From Tubiluchus corallicola (taxonomy: Eukaryota > Animalia > Priapulida): a DNA stretch of 64,000 nucleotides. Position 1 is the stretch's first letter. Each line of letters begins with the position of its first letter. The translations under genes and the position numbers were made by a program. This document shows positions 53,701-64,000 of this stretch, piece after piece. Location of the stretch: NCBI GenBank assembly GCA_030141605.1, contig JAQGDQ010000595.1, forward strand, positions 1-64,000, given 5' to 3'. Under the pieces are notes generated by a model, which did no database searches, was not told where the DNA came from, and saw nothing but the letters and a program-made list of their open reading frames with translations.

Positions 53701-56202
53701 AACTGCATGTATATTCTTTTCTCTGGATTATAGAGCAAATGTCATAATTTTAAAAATTACTAACGTTTTCTAAATTAAACTGATAACATTAATGCCCACC
53801 AGTATGTAAAAATCTTTTTATCTATATTCGGTAAAGGATAGCAGACTAGGTGACTTTATGGTCTTTTCGCTATCCTTTCTCTAGTTCTAGATCTATCTAT
53901 ACATTTTAACCATTTTTCAAAACTTGTTTGCGATTCTTTTATTAATCATGTTTTATTGTAACACTATAAAGAGATAAATAAATTGAAATTGAATTGAATT
54001 GAAATAATTATGTTGAAATTAAAATAAAATATTTATTTATGGTGTGTTCATAATATACTATTCAGTAATCTGTTTTGTTTAATTTGTTTAGTCATTATAC
54101 TTATACACTAATGTAATATATATATATATATATATATGTTTACTTGCAAACCAAAACCGTACATAAGTCGGCATAGTTAAAACTATGTTATGATGCTTCA
54201 AAGTAGAATGCATCAAAAATTTGTCAAATGTCAATTTTTTTGCTTTTTATTTATTTGCCTTTTCTATTCCAGCATCAAATTATCAAGAAATTGTTAAAAA
54301 AATACGAAAAATTTAACCTTATAACCCCGTACCAACTTCTCTAGCTAGAAACTAGTACTGCAATTGTAAAGAACTTGTATTTTCATACTCCAATAGTAGC
54401 TCGTTTTGCTTTGGGTTATTTCTGTTGCCAAGCTCAGATCTTTGTCAGGAAAAGACATCTACTGGATTTAAACATAACTTCAAAGTGTTCTTGCAAAGTC
54501 AGTAATAACCAATATTTGTGCAGTTGCTAAGTGTTTTGTAGAAACACGACAAAAAAAAATAGCTGACTTTAACAGCGATTTTCTCAAGATTATGTTTTTC
54601 AGTGTGAAGCCTGCACCTCATCTTGGACATGGATTATCTCAGCTTAGAAATAACATACAGCGATGAGTTTGGTATCAAAACGAAGTAGAGATTCAGGGTA
54701 AGTGTATAACTAGAAAAGTTTAAATGTCGACTTATGGCAGGGATGAGAATGACAAATTGCAAAAAACTCTGAAACAGGCCGGGAGTTTTGGGGCCTCCTA
54801 GGTCCCCAATGGGGTTGCGGGGCAAAGCCCCCTTGGAGCCAGCAAAATATTGCTATTTTGTGACCATAAAGTTTAAAGAGAGTCTAAGTGGACTTAAAAG
54901 ATCAATTACCTAGTGTCATGCATAATTTAAAATAGCCAACTATCAAGGATACATGATACCTAATTGTATCAAAAACACCTAAGTACTGGCCTCTGCTATG
55001 CAAAAGTATATAAAGACAGTCTGCAATTGACTCAAATAACTCCGCACAATTGATTCTATATTTTTATACATAGAGATATACACATGGTTACATTGATGTA
55101 CGTGATGTAAACAAAGTGACGGCCTGCCAACTAGCGGTCAGCTTGTGAAATAATGTACTGGGTCCGTAAAAATTTTCTCAACGAATTTACGTGATTTACA
55201 AAAATGGCACTACTGGTCTTCCAAAAACTCTGAATTCCGCGTATCCACGGAAAATTCTCATCCCTGCTTATGGGCAATTTTGCTATGCAAGCACACATAT
55301 ATTAATATCATATATATACATCAAAAAGTCAAAAAAAGAAGAAACCATATACCTTTAAGATTACTACGAGTGGTGCAAAGAACATTTGTTTTTGAAAGAA
55401 GAAACACAGATTGGCTGAACCATCTAGTAAGTAATGTAACACCATATTCTGAAAATCAAGACGAAATTACAACATAACTACTGTATGTTATAATAACTTA
55501 GCAATTTTTAATAATATCTCAGTTAAACCAACAAGCTGTTTTTACCATTTAATAATACAGGATTAGTGGATTAGTTGCTGAGCAATTTCCACATCAATAC
55601 TACAATGATTAGAATTATTACACAGAAAATGTTTGGAAATAAAAGTTTTCACATTGATGCAGAGGCCTAAAACAGCATCACCATTTTGTAGAACAAGATG
55701 TAATAATGAAATTTACTAGTTATTCTGAAATAGAATAGGCTGAGTGTAATAGGAACAGCCTTCCTCTATGGTAATTCTGAAAGAAAATAAGGCTGAAAGT
55801 GTATTAAGAGCACACTAATAGCAGCCTTCCCCTTTGTATTTCTACCAATGGGTTGCATTTTCAAATGCGAGCTAAAATGTCATTTCCAACCAACATTCCT
55901 TGTCACTTCCACTTGTCACTAAAAATATGTCAATTTTTACATTTCTATAGTTCACGTTACTTCGTACAGATACCATCACATCTTTCTCCTCTTTCTATTC
56001 TCTATTAACCTTTCTTTCTACTCCTTTACTGCTCTTTTCTATTACACTCAGTCCACATTCATTTGGGGTGCTCTAAACAAGTAATTACTTCTTGAGTACC
56101 CCACGGGTCATTTGCGGCTTGGCATCTTGTGTACATGATAATAAATATATTATTAAATACTTTTACGTACAATGCTGTAATGATCGTTGTGGATATATTT
56201 AA

Positions 56203-56253
<51 letters not shown>

Positions 56254-59200
56254 ATCTCTTTGCAAATAAAACTTTTTCCTATTTTAGCCAAACAGTAATA
56301 AACTTAGTATTTTCATTCACACCTAGCAGTTGCAGATGTTTTTTTGTTCACATTTCTACTAACAGAAAAAAGCTAAAACTTGCAAAATACCTAGTTACCA
56401 CAAAACTTATTTATTTAGTTTGTCAGTTCCATTTGAGTAAACATAAACGTCTAAAAGGAATGGCTAAAACTTACGGCTGTAGTTTGATCAGATCTGACAC
56501 AGCGCATCGTCACTCCGTATTCGGTATATAGTGGGCCACGTTTTTTCCAGCTGTTACGGATTGTGCACAACGGCTAAATAAACGCAAAAGCAAAAACTTG
56601 ACAACAACAAACAACCAACATCGACAATGAACAATCTCCTTCATTGCTTTGCTGTTTTATCGATGTTTATATAATTATGCACATCTACTTATGTACATTT
56701 CACATCAGCTAATAATAAGCAAGTATTGCTTCATCTGTTTATTTCATTTTGCTGTTCGCCGTATGATTGGACCATATAGGTAAATATCTATAGGTTTTAC
56801 ATGTCAAATGTAGACCTACGTTAACTCAAATGTAGATTTAGATAATTCAAATGTGTCTTGGTAACTCAAATGTAGACTTAGGCAGTTCAAATGTATTAAC
56901 AATGGTTTTCAAGAAATCTTAAGCGTTTTTGGTAAGTCAAACGTAGACACATGTCAAGTCAAATGTGACATTGGTATCTCAAATGTGGATAGGTGGTAAA
57001 ATTTAAGGATGTTAAATTTAATCTTAATTTAGTAGTTGCTGTGAAAATAATAACTTTATAGGTTTACTAATAGTTCACTAATATTCTGTAAACTTTATAT
57101 ACCATTGGAACTGTTAGAGAAAACAATACATTCTTAAAATAAACAATGTTTCTTGAGAGAAACTAATTCGTTAATGCAGTGCTAAATAAATATTAAATAT
57201 AATAAAATATTCTTGGTGAAGAAATTCAAAGTTGCTTAAACTCAGCAAAACAAATCTTACAAAGTTTCTTCTCGGCATAATCAACATGCGAATCACTTTC
57301 TCAATTCCGTTAGCTATAAAGTATCCTCCCATTTCCTCAACTTCCTCTCCATGCTTCACGAGTTCAGAAGGGTTTAGTCGTGCCAAGTTACAGGCATTGC
57401 TCTGGAAAATGCAGGATTAATAAAATTACAAATAATATGAGAAAATGTGTGCTTGAACACCAAAACCATCCATAAGTCGGCATACTTAAAACTACGTTAT
57501 GATGCTTCAAAGTAGAATGCACCAAAAATATGGCCAAACGTATATTTGTTGGTTTTTTATAAAAACAAATGCTAAACATATTGGTCTTTTATATTCTAGC
57601 ATCAAATTATTAAGAATATGTTCAAAAAGTACTACAAATCTAATTTTATAACCCCGTACCCACTTTTATGACTAGTAATGTGATAGCAAAAAAGTTGTAT
57701 TTTCAAACTCCAATACTACCTTGTGAAATCATTTATTTAGCTTTTTATTTTATTTATCTGTCATTTATTTGTTTTTTTATTTTTATTTTCTAATGGTAAC
57801 TACATTAAAATGATCCAGAGGTTAGAAAAGTGAAAAGTTGAACAATAAGATTTATAAACAGTTTGACACAATTTAAAATGCAGACACCCTGTTACCTTAA
57901 CCATAACTGGTACCTCTCCTATTGGTCGTGTAAATGTATCTGCAGTGCGACCATTTATGCGCCATGTAATAGTCGCCTGCAACTTTCCCTTATATGTAGT
58001 CAACCTTTCCCTGCACTGAAACAAGAAAGGAATGAATGTAACTGTTGTGGAGATCGCTGATGTCAAGTAGAATTGCATAGAACACCGTAGAATGTTCCGT
58101 CGGAATGACCGCCTTAGCGTCTGGATTGTTCGAGAAGTTTCTGCAGTGCGCTATATAAGGCGAAGCAGGCTGCGGATCGCACATCGCACACAGATCTAAC
58201 GCGGACTTATACTTATTCTTGTGCACTCACTTAAACGTTTTCCAGATTTTCACGTTTAGTATAATCATTTCCCGTTCCTTCATCTTTTGTGTTGTAGAAT
58301 TCTCGCTAAAATAAAGTAGTTTTATTTAACGGAGTGTTTTCTGGTTTTCTCTAGGAGCCTTCCGAGAGAAACAAAACACAACTGTAACATCTTCTTATTT
58401 GTTTAAATCCTAACACCCAAAAAATTGATGTCAGACAAAAATGGCTACCAGTGTATTCAGACAGATTATCTGTCACCAGACAGATTATGTAGCCAGAAAA
58501 TGCATAAAAGCTTACCAATAAGAATTTGTAGACTAATTTGACGCAAAAGATAAAAGTCTTCAATACAGAATGTATACAGTAACTGATAGTGTGCAGCTGT
58601 GTGTCTAATTATATAGAATGTTTGAATAAAAAAATTACAGATATAACAGCGGTAGCTCTCAACGTAGCAGACATGCGGAAAAGGTGATTTGAGAAGTATC
58701 GAATTTAACATCAGATTGAGACAATAAAAAATGATCTTAAAATATTTATTATTCCAACTATACAACGAGCTAATCCAAAATCAAAATGACAACAAACAAC
58801 CTGAAGTGAAGATAATTGTCAAAAACCTGTGCGTCGTCGTCGTCCGCTTAGCCTTACACCAATCTTTCTGCCATGTGCCTGCCCCCGATATTGCGGGGAA
58901 AAGCCGAAAATGCACGAACAATTAAAATATCGAGTTAGCCGCTACGACCGAATGCCGTGGCACAGGTGAGAATAATCAAACTGTGGCAGCAATAGCAGAT
59001 AAAAGATGAAATTGTTCCAGTCTAAATAGAACATCCAAAATTCTAAGTAAGTTTTATGCAGGATCTTTCCCAAACATTCCTAGAGAATTCATAAAGTTCA
59101 CTGAAAGGATTGTTTTTACACAGTTGCTTTGTTTAGCAGTCTTGTTCACATATTACATATGCAGTGTAATCATACACGAAAACCACATGCAGCCAGTGAT

Positions 59201-62127
59201 ATTTTATACGGACGAAAAGACAAAATGTGGAGGTTTTTTTAACAAGAACATTTAGCAAGAAATTGCCAAATCGAAAATATACAAGTAATCAGGCAGCAGG
59301 AACATTTTGACAACATTAGTGTTATTTTCACACAGAACCTAGCCACTGGGGGGGAGGGGGGGGCAAGCCGGCCCAACTCAGTGCCGGTCCCAAGCCAGGA
59401 TAAATAGCCAGGAAGGGCATCCGCCTGTAAAAACTGCGCCAAAACCTTCTATGAATGAGTCTAAAGTCCACAAAGAAGTGGTCAGACCTGCTCTAATCTA
59501 TGGGCTGGAAGCAGCTTCTCTAAAGAAGACCGAAGAGAAGAAAATGGATGTGGTGGAGATGAGAATGTTGAGAAGGATGGTGGGAATAACAAGAAGAGAT
59601 AAAATTAGAAATAATAATATCAGAGGAACTGTAAAAGTAGTGGAAGCCTCGCAAGATTGTGATGGTATGGACACCTGAAAAGAAGAGTCGGTGAAGATCA
59701 TGTGGGAAGGGAGGTCATGGAAATGGAAGTGCTGGGAAATAGAAGAAGAGGACGACCCAAGGGGAGATGGATTGAATGTATTAATGGAGACCTTAGAGAG
59801 GAGAACATAAATGAAGAGATGGTCAACAACGGAATGCGTGGAGAAGACTCATTCACAACGACGACCCCGCATAGGGAAAAGCTGGGAAAAAGAAGAAGAA
59901 GAGGTGTTATTTTCACAAATAGAACTATAGTTGATTCAACGGCCAAACGTATCAGCAGGCCTACTTGCAAGGAAATATTACGTATAAGTGTATTGTGCGT
60001 ACAAACATTTTTGATTTTGGATTTGAAATCTTCATTATTAAAAAACAGGATATTATGAACTAGTTAAAACAACGTAACAAATAACTTACTTCAGTAGGAT
60101 AAACCTTCAATGTTGAAACAGTGACGTTTCCTTGTGCAACCGTTGGCAAGCTGATAGTAGCATCCTAAAATGTAGAAATTTTTCTTTTAAAGATTTTTAT
60201 TTCCTTCAAAAAGTGCTGCTGTAGGGGGCAGAGTAACCCATTAGCCGAAGTAGGACACTTCCGATAAAACACATGTGGTAAATTTGCAGAAAAGCAGTGT
60301 CGTACATGGGCAGCCCAAGTAGGACGCTAGCGATTTGTGTCGAGAATCGAGATTTATGCCATAATAAAACATAAAACTATATTTGTTTTAGAAAAAAGTA
60401 ACTTTATAATAATGATGGATAGCCCTTGACAATTTACAAATGTATTTTTTACAACAAATAATCATTATTATTATTAGCTCCATAAATATCATCATAACAT
60501 TAAACTATGTATCTAATTCTTTAAAGGGAGATTCTATCAGGGCACATAACTCGCTAACCCGTTTACTTAGTAGGAAACAATTATTTGTCAAAGAGGGATT
60601 GAAAAGGATCACCTGTCTGTGAGCAAGACAAAATAAAAAATGATATACCTTAAACAAATGTTGCAATCGCCTAAAAGTGTGCTATTTCACTTCAAAGAAG
60701 ATTAATATTGGCAAATATTAATTTTTCTAGCTCAGAATAAAATTCTTTTATTTTATCAGATGTATAATAAAATTATTCAACGTGTATCGACGTTTTTAAT
60801 TATTATTATTACATAAACAATGGCAAACGGACGGTGGCAGTACGCTTAGCGACTCAATTCACGACCTGTTTCTAGTGTCCTACATGGGCAGCCCATGTAC
60901 GACGGGTCCTACTTGGGCTAGCCCATGTACGACGGGTCCTACTTCGGCTAGTGGGTTACTCGGCGCCCAACACTGCATTTACATTTGCTGACCTCTGACA
61001 ACAATCTTTAAGATTTAATGTTGATAATTGAGTTTATCACACATTTTTACATACTAAAGAAAAACAAAATTTAAAAAGACAGTGGATAGATTACAACACT
61101 GCACTTGTGAGGGTAAACTATTTTGCATATAACATTATCAGATAGATTTGATAGTTAGGAAAAGTGAGAAAAACTTACCTCAATACTGATCGCAATTCTG
61201 TCTTTGTTAGGAAGTTCAAATTCCGCAGGTTGTACATTCTGCAACACAGAAACAAGATTCACAAGATTCATTGCTATTGCATAAAAATGACTAAGTATAT
61301 CTAAGTAATTAGATAGATGAGTGTTAGACAGAAAAACACGTGCATATGCCAATGACAATTATACGGATATGTTGTATTTAGTTTAGATAGTTTTTTCTTT
61401 TTTGTTTTTATATTGTTTCTTATGTTGGGTTGAGTTCTTGATTTATATGTAATTATTAGTTTTGTTTTTGATGAGTTCAAATTTTCCATTTTGTTTGCTA
61501 ATTTAAATCTTGCCTCTTCTCATAGCCAAACTTATTTACTGTTTCTAAATTTAAACTTATTTGAACTTGTTGCCTCATTTATTTTTATTTATTTTGTTAA
61601 GTTGCTTATTATTTTCATTTGTACATACCTCACTTGACAGGTCATTTAATTTTCTTTAGTTTGGATAGGGGTGGTTGACTTGGTGACCCTTGGTCTTTTC
61701 GCCACACCGTCTTTATTTTAGTTTTTACCTTTTGTTTATGTTTATTATGTAAAATTCAGAGACAAATAAATTTTTTACTTACTTACTTACTTACTTGTAA
61801 CTTCTGTGAATACATTAACAAGATTCACTGATATTGTATACAAAATGACAATAATCAGATTAAGTATTGCAATTACAAAAAGCTGAAAATAAACACTTGT
61901 GCGAGCCAATGATAATTAAACAGAAATCTTTCTATACATAATTCATAATCATTTATTGAAAAAAAAACCAATAAAATTATTCTAGTTAATTAAAGTTAAA
62001 AGCAATAGATACCATATTGCCGAGCTAAACCTGAAACTATTATACGTACTCTAATAGCAGTGCTGAGTCCATCACTTAAGACCCAATTGAAAGAATCAAT
62101 GTGAGGTCGGACCAAATCTTGCAGCGT
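32916..62127 (-). CDS. POLR1B: DNA-directed RNA polymerase I subunit RPA2 (POLR1B/RPA135); 20 exons, ~1111 aa in window, first exon beyond 64000
   Basis: Exons in transcript order: 62050-62127, 61179-61238, 60090-60164, 57896-58015, 57261-57401, 56475-56573, 55353-55448, 52474-52550, 50350-50496, 48932-49103, 47347-47440, 44555-45075, 42648-43130, 41809-41976, 39856-40065, 39401-39557, 37884-37982, 37036-37190, 34562-34726, 32916-33134. All GT-AG with compatible phases. Motifs [90 protein letters not shown] and C-terminal CxxC..CxxC zinc site. Confidence 0.96.
33346..33757. mobile_element. hAT (Charlie-like) MITE; inverted sister copy at 46247-46728
   Basis: CAGGGGTGTGCAA / TTGCACACCCCTG TIRs, GCGGCCCG motifs; the 46247 copy has a perfect 8-bp TSD TACTAGCA. 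Confidence 0.88.
34017..34440 (+). mobile_element. Solo LTR, family 1
   Basis: TGTGGAAGTTG...GACTTTCACA, internal AATAAA, perfect 5-bp TSD GGCTT. Confidence 0.88.
35078..35538. mobile_element. hAT-type MITE; sister copy at 54738-55266
   Basis: CAGGGATGAGAAT / ATTCTCATCCCTG TIRs; near-identical interior in both copies. Confidence 0.85.
36190..36800 (+). mobile_element. Non-autonomous Helitron-like element; 3' part also at 42062-42444
   Basis: Both copies end with a subterminal hairpin (CGCAAA..TTTGYG) followed by GGGCCTTTGCTAG|T; no TSD seen; 5' boundary approximate. Confidence 0.65.
37210..37632 (-). mobile_element. Solo LTR, family 1 (inverted relative to 34017-34440)
   Basis: Close reverse complement of 34017-34440; perfect 5-bp TSD GTACT. 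Confidence 0.88.
37647..37734 (-). pseudogene. 3'-truncated 5S rRNA-derived sequence (SINE3 head or 5S pseudogene)
   Basis: Reverse complement GTCTACGGCCATGTCACGTTGAAAACACCGGTTCTCGTCTGATCACCGAAGTTAAGC...GGATGGGT; stops after ~88 nt. Confidence 0.85.
38140..38770 (-). mobile_element. CR1/L2-group LINE 3' fragment
   Basis: ORF2 C-terminus-like HNTR...[10 protein letters not shown]...FKKMLK* (38569-38763), followed by AATAAA and a short tandem tail near 38140. Confidence 0.75.
40296..40840 (+). mobile_element. 5S rRNA-derived SINE (SINE3), copy 2, with RTE-derived tail
   Basis: Full 5S head ~40296-40415; TSD ATAAAACTT(AT); tail encodes [20 protein letters not shown] (40729-40791). Confidence 0.92.
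41310..41590. repeat. Interspersed repeat (possibly Helentron-associated); second copy at ~47885-48152
   Basis: GCGGGCGAGCCCAACT...TGAGAGGTAYAGCACYTGTTTT shared in direct orientation. Confidence 0.7.
41643..41792. repeat. (GA)n microsatellite
   Basis: Direct inspection; lies immediately inside the intron after POLR1B exon 41809-41976. Confidence 0.95.
43688..44019 (+). mobile_element. RTE (BovB-like) LINE 3' fragment
   Basis: ORF end [14 protein letters not shown]...[21 protein letters not shown] with C2H2-like motif, (CAT)n tail, short TSD GTTACAA. Confidence 0.85.
45149..45522 (-). mobile_element. Solo LTR, family 2
   Basis: TGTTG...CAACA ends, TATATAA and AATAAA on the minus strand, TSD ATTTA/ATTGA; inverted homolog at 58043-58383. 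Confidence 0.8.
45528..45863. mobile_element. Tc2-like MITE
   Basis: CCGTATTTATTCGAGTATAA / TTATACTCGAATAAATACGG TIRs. Confidence 0.82.
46778..47132 (+). mobile_element. Solo LTR, family 3
   Basis: TGTTA...TAACA ends, CATAAAA and AATAAA inside, TSD GATAT/GGTAT. Confidence 0.75.
49309..49908. mobile_element. hAT-type MITE
   Basis: CAGTGGCGGCTCGT / ATGAGTCACCACTG imperfect TIRs, GGGGTGCTGC subterminal motifs. Confidence 0.6.
51661..52254. mobile_element. Young TA-flanked MITE
   Basis: Perfect 27-bp TIR GGGGAGACCCGGGTAAAGTGGATCACT with TA on both sides. Confidence 0.92.
56201..56254. repeat. (TAAA)n microsatellite, probable LINE tail
   Basis: Direct inspection. Confidence 0.9.
58043..58383 (+). 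mobile_element. Solo LTR, family 2
   Basis: TGTTGTGG...CACAAC(T), TATATAA, AATAAA, perfect 5-bp TSD GTAAC. Confidence 0.82.
59333..59903 (+). mobile_element. Non-autonomous bipartite RTE-clade retroelement, copy A
   Basis: Perfect 14-bp TSD GTGTTATTTTCACA (59319-59332/59904-59917); RTE 5'UTR-type motif GGAAGGGCATCCG..TAAAA; ORF remnant [31 protein letters not shown]; (GAA)n tail. Confidence 0.88.
59336..59407 (+). ncRNA. Twister ribozyme-like sequence (3' cleavage product, GAGGG strand deleted)
   Basis: AACCTAGCC-[P3 ACTGGG..CTCAGT]-GCCGGTCCCAAGCCAGGATAAATAG. Confidence 0.72.
60231..60961. mobile_element. Sola-like non-autonomous DNA element
   Basis: 26-bp TIR GAGTAACCCAYTAGCCGAAGTAGGAC, 4-bp flanks GGCA/GGCG, subterminal CCCATGTACGAC repeats. 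Confidence 0.75.
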
Positions 62128-62165
62128 CTGAAACAGGATTCAATAATAAAATCTGTAACAAATTA

Positions 62166-62810
62166 ATGATCTACAATTCTGGTGTGGCAGCAATAACTTT
62201 TACCTTTACACAGAAGTGTAAAGATCTGGGTATCACCATCGATAGTATGCTTAATTTTCAAACACATATAAACAACGTTGTCAATAAAGCACATGGAAGA
62301 CTGGCATTGATCAATTGTAGTTTCCTTGACGGACCTATGGTAACCAAACTGTACAAATCAATGGTTCGTCCCATTCTGGATTATGGTGACGTGATTTGCA
62401 GCCCAAATCGTCAAGACATGATAAGGAAAATTGAAAGTATACAACGTCGAGCTACTAGACTTGTACCTGCCATTTCTCATTTACCGTATGTTGCAAGACT
62501 TAAGATTCTGGGCTTTACAACTCTGAAGTACAGACGCAAAAGACAAGATTTAATCCAAACATGCTGCATTCTTAAAAGCATAGAAACCATCAACAGTGAA
62601 ATATTTTTCCACCGACAGACATATCATGGTACCAGAGGTCACTCCTATAAAATCAAGAAGAGGACAGTTCCCCAAAGGTGGAGTAGAAGAAGATTCACAT
62701 TTGCAAGGCGAGTAATTAATGAGTGGAACACGCTGCCTGACAATGTAGTTCAAGCATCCAATCCTGCCCAGTTTAAGTTTCGTCTCGATAGATATTGAAA
62801 AAACAATGCT
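62166..62810 (+). mobile_element. CR1-type LINE ORF2 3' fragment
   Basis: KDLGITIDSMLNFQTHI...LYKSMVRPILDYG...IESIQRRATRLVP...TRGHSYK...RVINEWNTLP are typical of CR1-group ORF2 C-termini. Confidence 0.9.
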
Positions 62811-62823
62811 GAAAAATATATAG

Positions 62824-63688
62824 CATACCTGTCAACCTATACGGTTTGGCCGTATTGCTGTACGGGAAAAATGCATTTTTGGCCCAATACGGCTTACAAG
62901 AAAATCCATACGGCGAAAAGAAAAATATACGGCAAAATCAAAATGTTGCTCAGCGAAAATAATCGCATCGAATATTCCCTTTTTGATCGGTACTTTCATG
63001 CAGACGATCTTACTTCCGTTCAAACGTTGTCATTGCGCACACTCAGCTAATAATTTTTAACATCTGGTTAACCACTTCCGCTATTTCATTCGTGAAAAAA
63101 ACATGGCAAGCGAACGTGTTCCTCCGGCGAAAAAGCAAAAAACTGGAACTGGACGTCATTTAAAAGAATGGGAGAGCCCAAAGTTTTGTGGTGGAGCATA
63201 CGCTGGATGGGTGAAAGCCTCGTCAGAAGGCTGCGACTACTCGTTTTGTGTTCCATGTAGGAAAAATGTGAAAGTGCGAGCGTCATTCAGTTTTGCAGTA
63301 AAGTAATTCAGTGATTGTATAACAGGATATAAGGAAGAATGTGAGATTAACTTGAACCCTCTCTCGTTTTTATGTGTTTTGTCTTTTTTTTAATATATAT
63401 GTATATATAAAGTTAAGTGTTTGTTACAAAATTCCATCTGATATGCATACATAAATAATATCACACCATAACTAAATAGTTTTTTTTTCATGAAAACAAG
63501 ACAATAAAATCATGTTCCAATGATTTTTTTGTTGTTGTGTGGACTGATATGCGATCTCGTGACTGGTCTGTTTCTGTTGGCTCCCAGCAAATTAACATAT
63601 TTTCAGATTCCGTAAGGTCCCGTGCTGTCTTATAAGGTTTAGCAAGACCCTATATAAGGGCAACGCTAATAACATGTTGACAGGTATG
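62824..63688 (+). mobile_element. hAT internal-deletion derivative with N-terminal transposase (BED-finger-like) remnant
   Basis: TIR CATACCTGTCAAC / GTTGACAGGTATG; ORF 63103-63306 with KEW..W..FCVPC pattern, truncated. Confidence 0.7.
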
Positions 63689-64000
63689 ATATAGACACCA
63701 GGTTGCCACAATGGCAACAAGAAACCCTGTGCTTCGCTTCGTGATCGCAGTGTCGCCAGCTAATATGTATTTTTAATATTGATAAAGTAAACAAGGAAGA
63801 GTGGAGAGGTTCATAAGCTATTTATATTTATATCTATGTCTATTTAAGCTTAACCTCTATCCTTCGACAGTAACGGTAAAATGTTTCTGCTCCACTCACT
63901 GTTTTGTATACAGTTGCAACTTCTGCTTTCTGTTTATATAACAAAATCAATAAATAAACGTTCGTAGTCCTCACTTCAGTGTGATATTTTTATCAGCTCT

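Noticed and set aside
62130-64000. First coding exon or promoter of POLR1B
   Set aside because: No matching N-terminal peptide with a donor site was found; the region is mostly CR1 and hAT sequence, so the exon probably lies beyond the window.

Overview
AT-rich, intron- and transposon-rich animal (probably invertebrate) genomic DNA with three spliced genes: the 3' eight coding exons of a DENND6/FAM116 Rab-GEF gene (+, 3533-14924), a complete two-coding-exon cytochrome c gene (+, 22103-30386) and 20 exons of the RNA polymerase I second-largest subunit POLR1B/RPA2 (-, 32916-62127; first exon outside the window). Introns and spacers hold many MITEs (Tc1/mariner-, hAT-, Sola- and Helitron-like), six solo LTRs, LINE fragments and two satellite arrays grown inside DNA elements. 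Most notable: (1) a short non-autonomous RTE-derived retroelement whose 5' end is a twister ribozyme, with both full-length insertions starting at the predicted self-cleavage site; (2) a 5S rRNA-headed SINE whose tail is the end of an RTE ORF; (3) a MITE carrying an antisense copy of a DENND6 splice acceptor inside the same gene; (4) a 2.4-kb inverted duplication and fold-back at the window start that is probably an assembly artefact. All family assignments come from recognised motifs and termini, not from database searches.
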